Assembly: GCA_976551045.1 (NCBI GenBank)
Contig: CDPCPM010000043.1
Coordinates: 2,542,001 to 2,606,000 of the forward strand
Length of the DNA stretch: 64,000 bases
Source: Glaucostegus cemiculus
Lineage: Eukaryota
Direction: 5' to 3'
The notes under the pieces were generated by a model. That model saw nothing but the letters and a program-made list of their open reading frames with translations, was not told the DNA's origin and did no database searches. The position numbers were made by a program, and so were the translations under genes. How positions within the stretch are numbered: the first letter of the stretch is position 1; every line of letters begins with the position of its first letter. Shown piece after piece: positions 63,181 to 64,000 of this stretch.

Positions 63181-64000
63181 AGAACATAGAACATAGAACA
63201 ATACAGCACAGAACAGGCCCTTCGGCCCATCAAGTTGTGCCACCCTACAAACATCTCCCAAACTAACTCTTTCCACCCTCATATCCTACTATTCCACATT
63301 CTTCCATGTGCTTATCTAACAATCTCTTAAACCTGTCCAACGTAGCTGCCTCCACTACCACCCCAGGCAGTGCATTCCATGCACCAACCACTCTCTGGGT
63401 GAAAAACTTCCCTCTGACATCTCCCCTATACTTTCCACCAATTATCTTAAAGGCATGCCCTCTCGTCTTGAGCATCTGCGCTCTGAGAAAGAGGCGCTGA
63501 CTATTAACTCTATCTATTCCTCTCAATATCTTAAACACCTCTATCAAGTCTCCTCTCATCCTCCTCCTCTCTAATGAGTAGAGCCCTAGCACCTTAAGCC
63601 TCTCTTTATATTCCATACCCTCCAATCCAGGCATCATCCTGGTAAATCGCCTCTGCACCCTCTCCAACGCCTCCACATCCTTCCTATAATGCGGCGACCA
63701 GAACTGAACACAATATTCCAAGTGCGGCCTAACTAGAGTTTTGTAAAGCAGCATCATCACCTCTCTGCTCTTGAACTCAATCCCTTTATTTATAAAAGCC
63801 AACATCCCATAAGCCTTCTTAACAGCCCTATCCACCTGCGAGGCAACTTTGAGTGAACTGTGGATATGAACCCCCAGATCCCTCTGCTCCTCTACACTGC
63901 CAAGAACCTTGCCATTAACCTTATACTCTGCCCTGGAGTTTGTCCTCCCAAAGTGCACCACCTCACACTTCTCCGGATTAAACTCCATCCGCCACCTGTC
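63181..64000 (-). mobile_element. Young CR1 LINE, runs off the window
   Basis: Open 241-aa ORF 63263-63988, near-identical to 54080-55018; same (ATGTTCT)n tail. Confidence 0.95.

Noticed and set aside
182-64000. Most 60-150 aa ORFs in the track as novel small genes
   Set aside because: They are antisense or off-frame readings of LINE, SINE, Penelope or Harbinger remnants, or chance ORFs lacking splice context and recognisable motifs.

Overview
Vertebrate nuclear DNA: AT-rich, CpG-depleted and intron-rich. The repeat complement (CR1 LINEs, V-SINEs, Penelope and Rex1/Babar elements) points to a cartilaginous fish, probably a ray; this is inference. Three genes are supported by reading frames, splice phases and recognisable motifs. 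(1) A complete two-exon FGL2-type gene (+, 15707-16289 and 20430-21133, 428 aa) is nested antisense in a long CCDC146 intron. (2) The first coding exon of CCDC146 (-, 24665-24820). (3) Six coding exons of FAM185A (+, 33448-62538), with the gene continuing past the window. CCDC146 and FAM185A are head-to-head across a CpG-rich promoter carrying an RFX X-box, CCAAT boxes and a ZNF143/THAP11-type motif. The rest is mostly mobile DNA: young near-identical CR1 and Rex1/Babar copies, older LINE fragments, V-SINEs with two different 3' tails, Penelope remnants with decayed hammerhead-like motifs and fold-back arms, a clean solo LTR with target-site duplication, and at least four decayed PIF/Harbinger transposase fossils that the ORF track does not reveal. 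I see no clearly new biological system. The best leads are the FGL2 protein lacking the SxxK serine and first CxxC, the hammerhead-like motifs, the SINE tail swap, and young direct repeats flanking gene segments. All homology calls are from recalled motifs, not database searches, and repeat boundaries are approximate unless a TSD is given.
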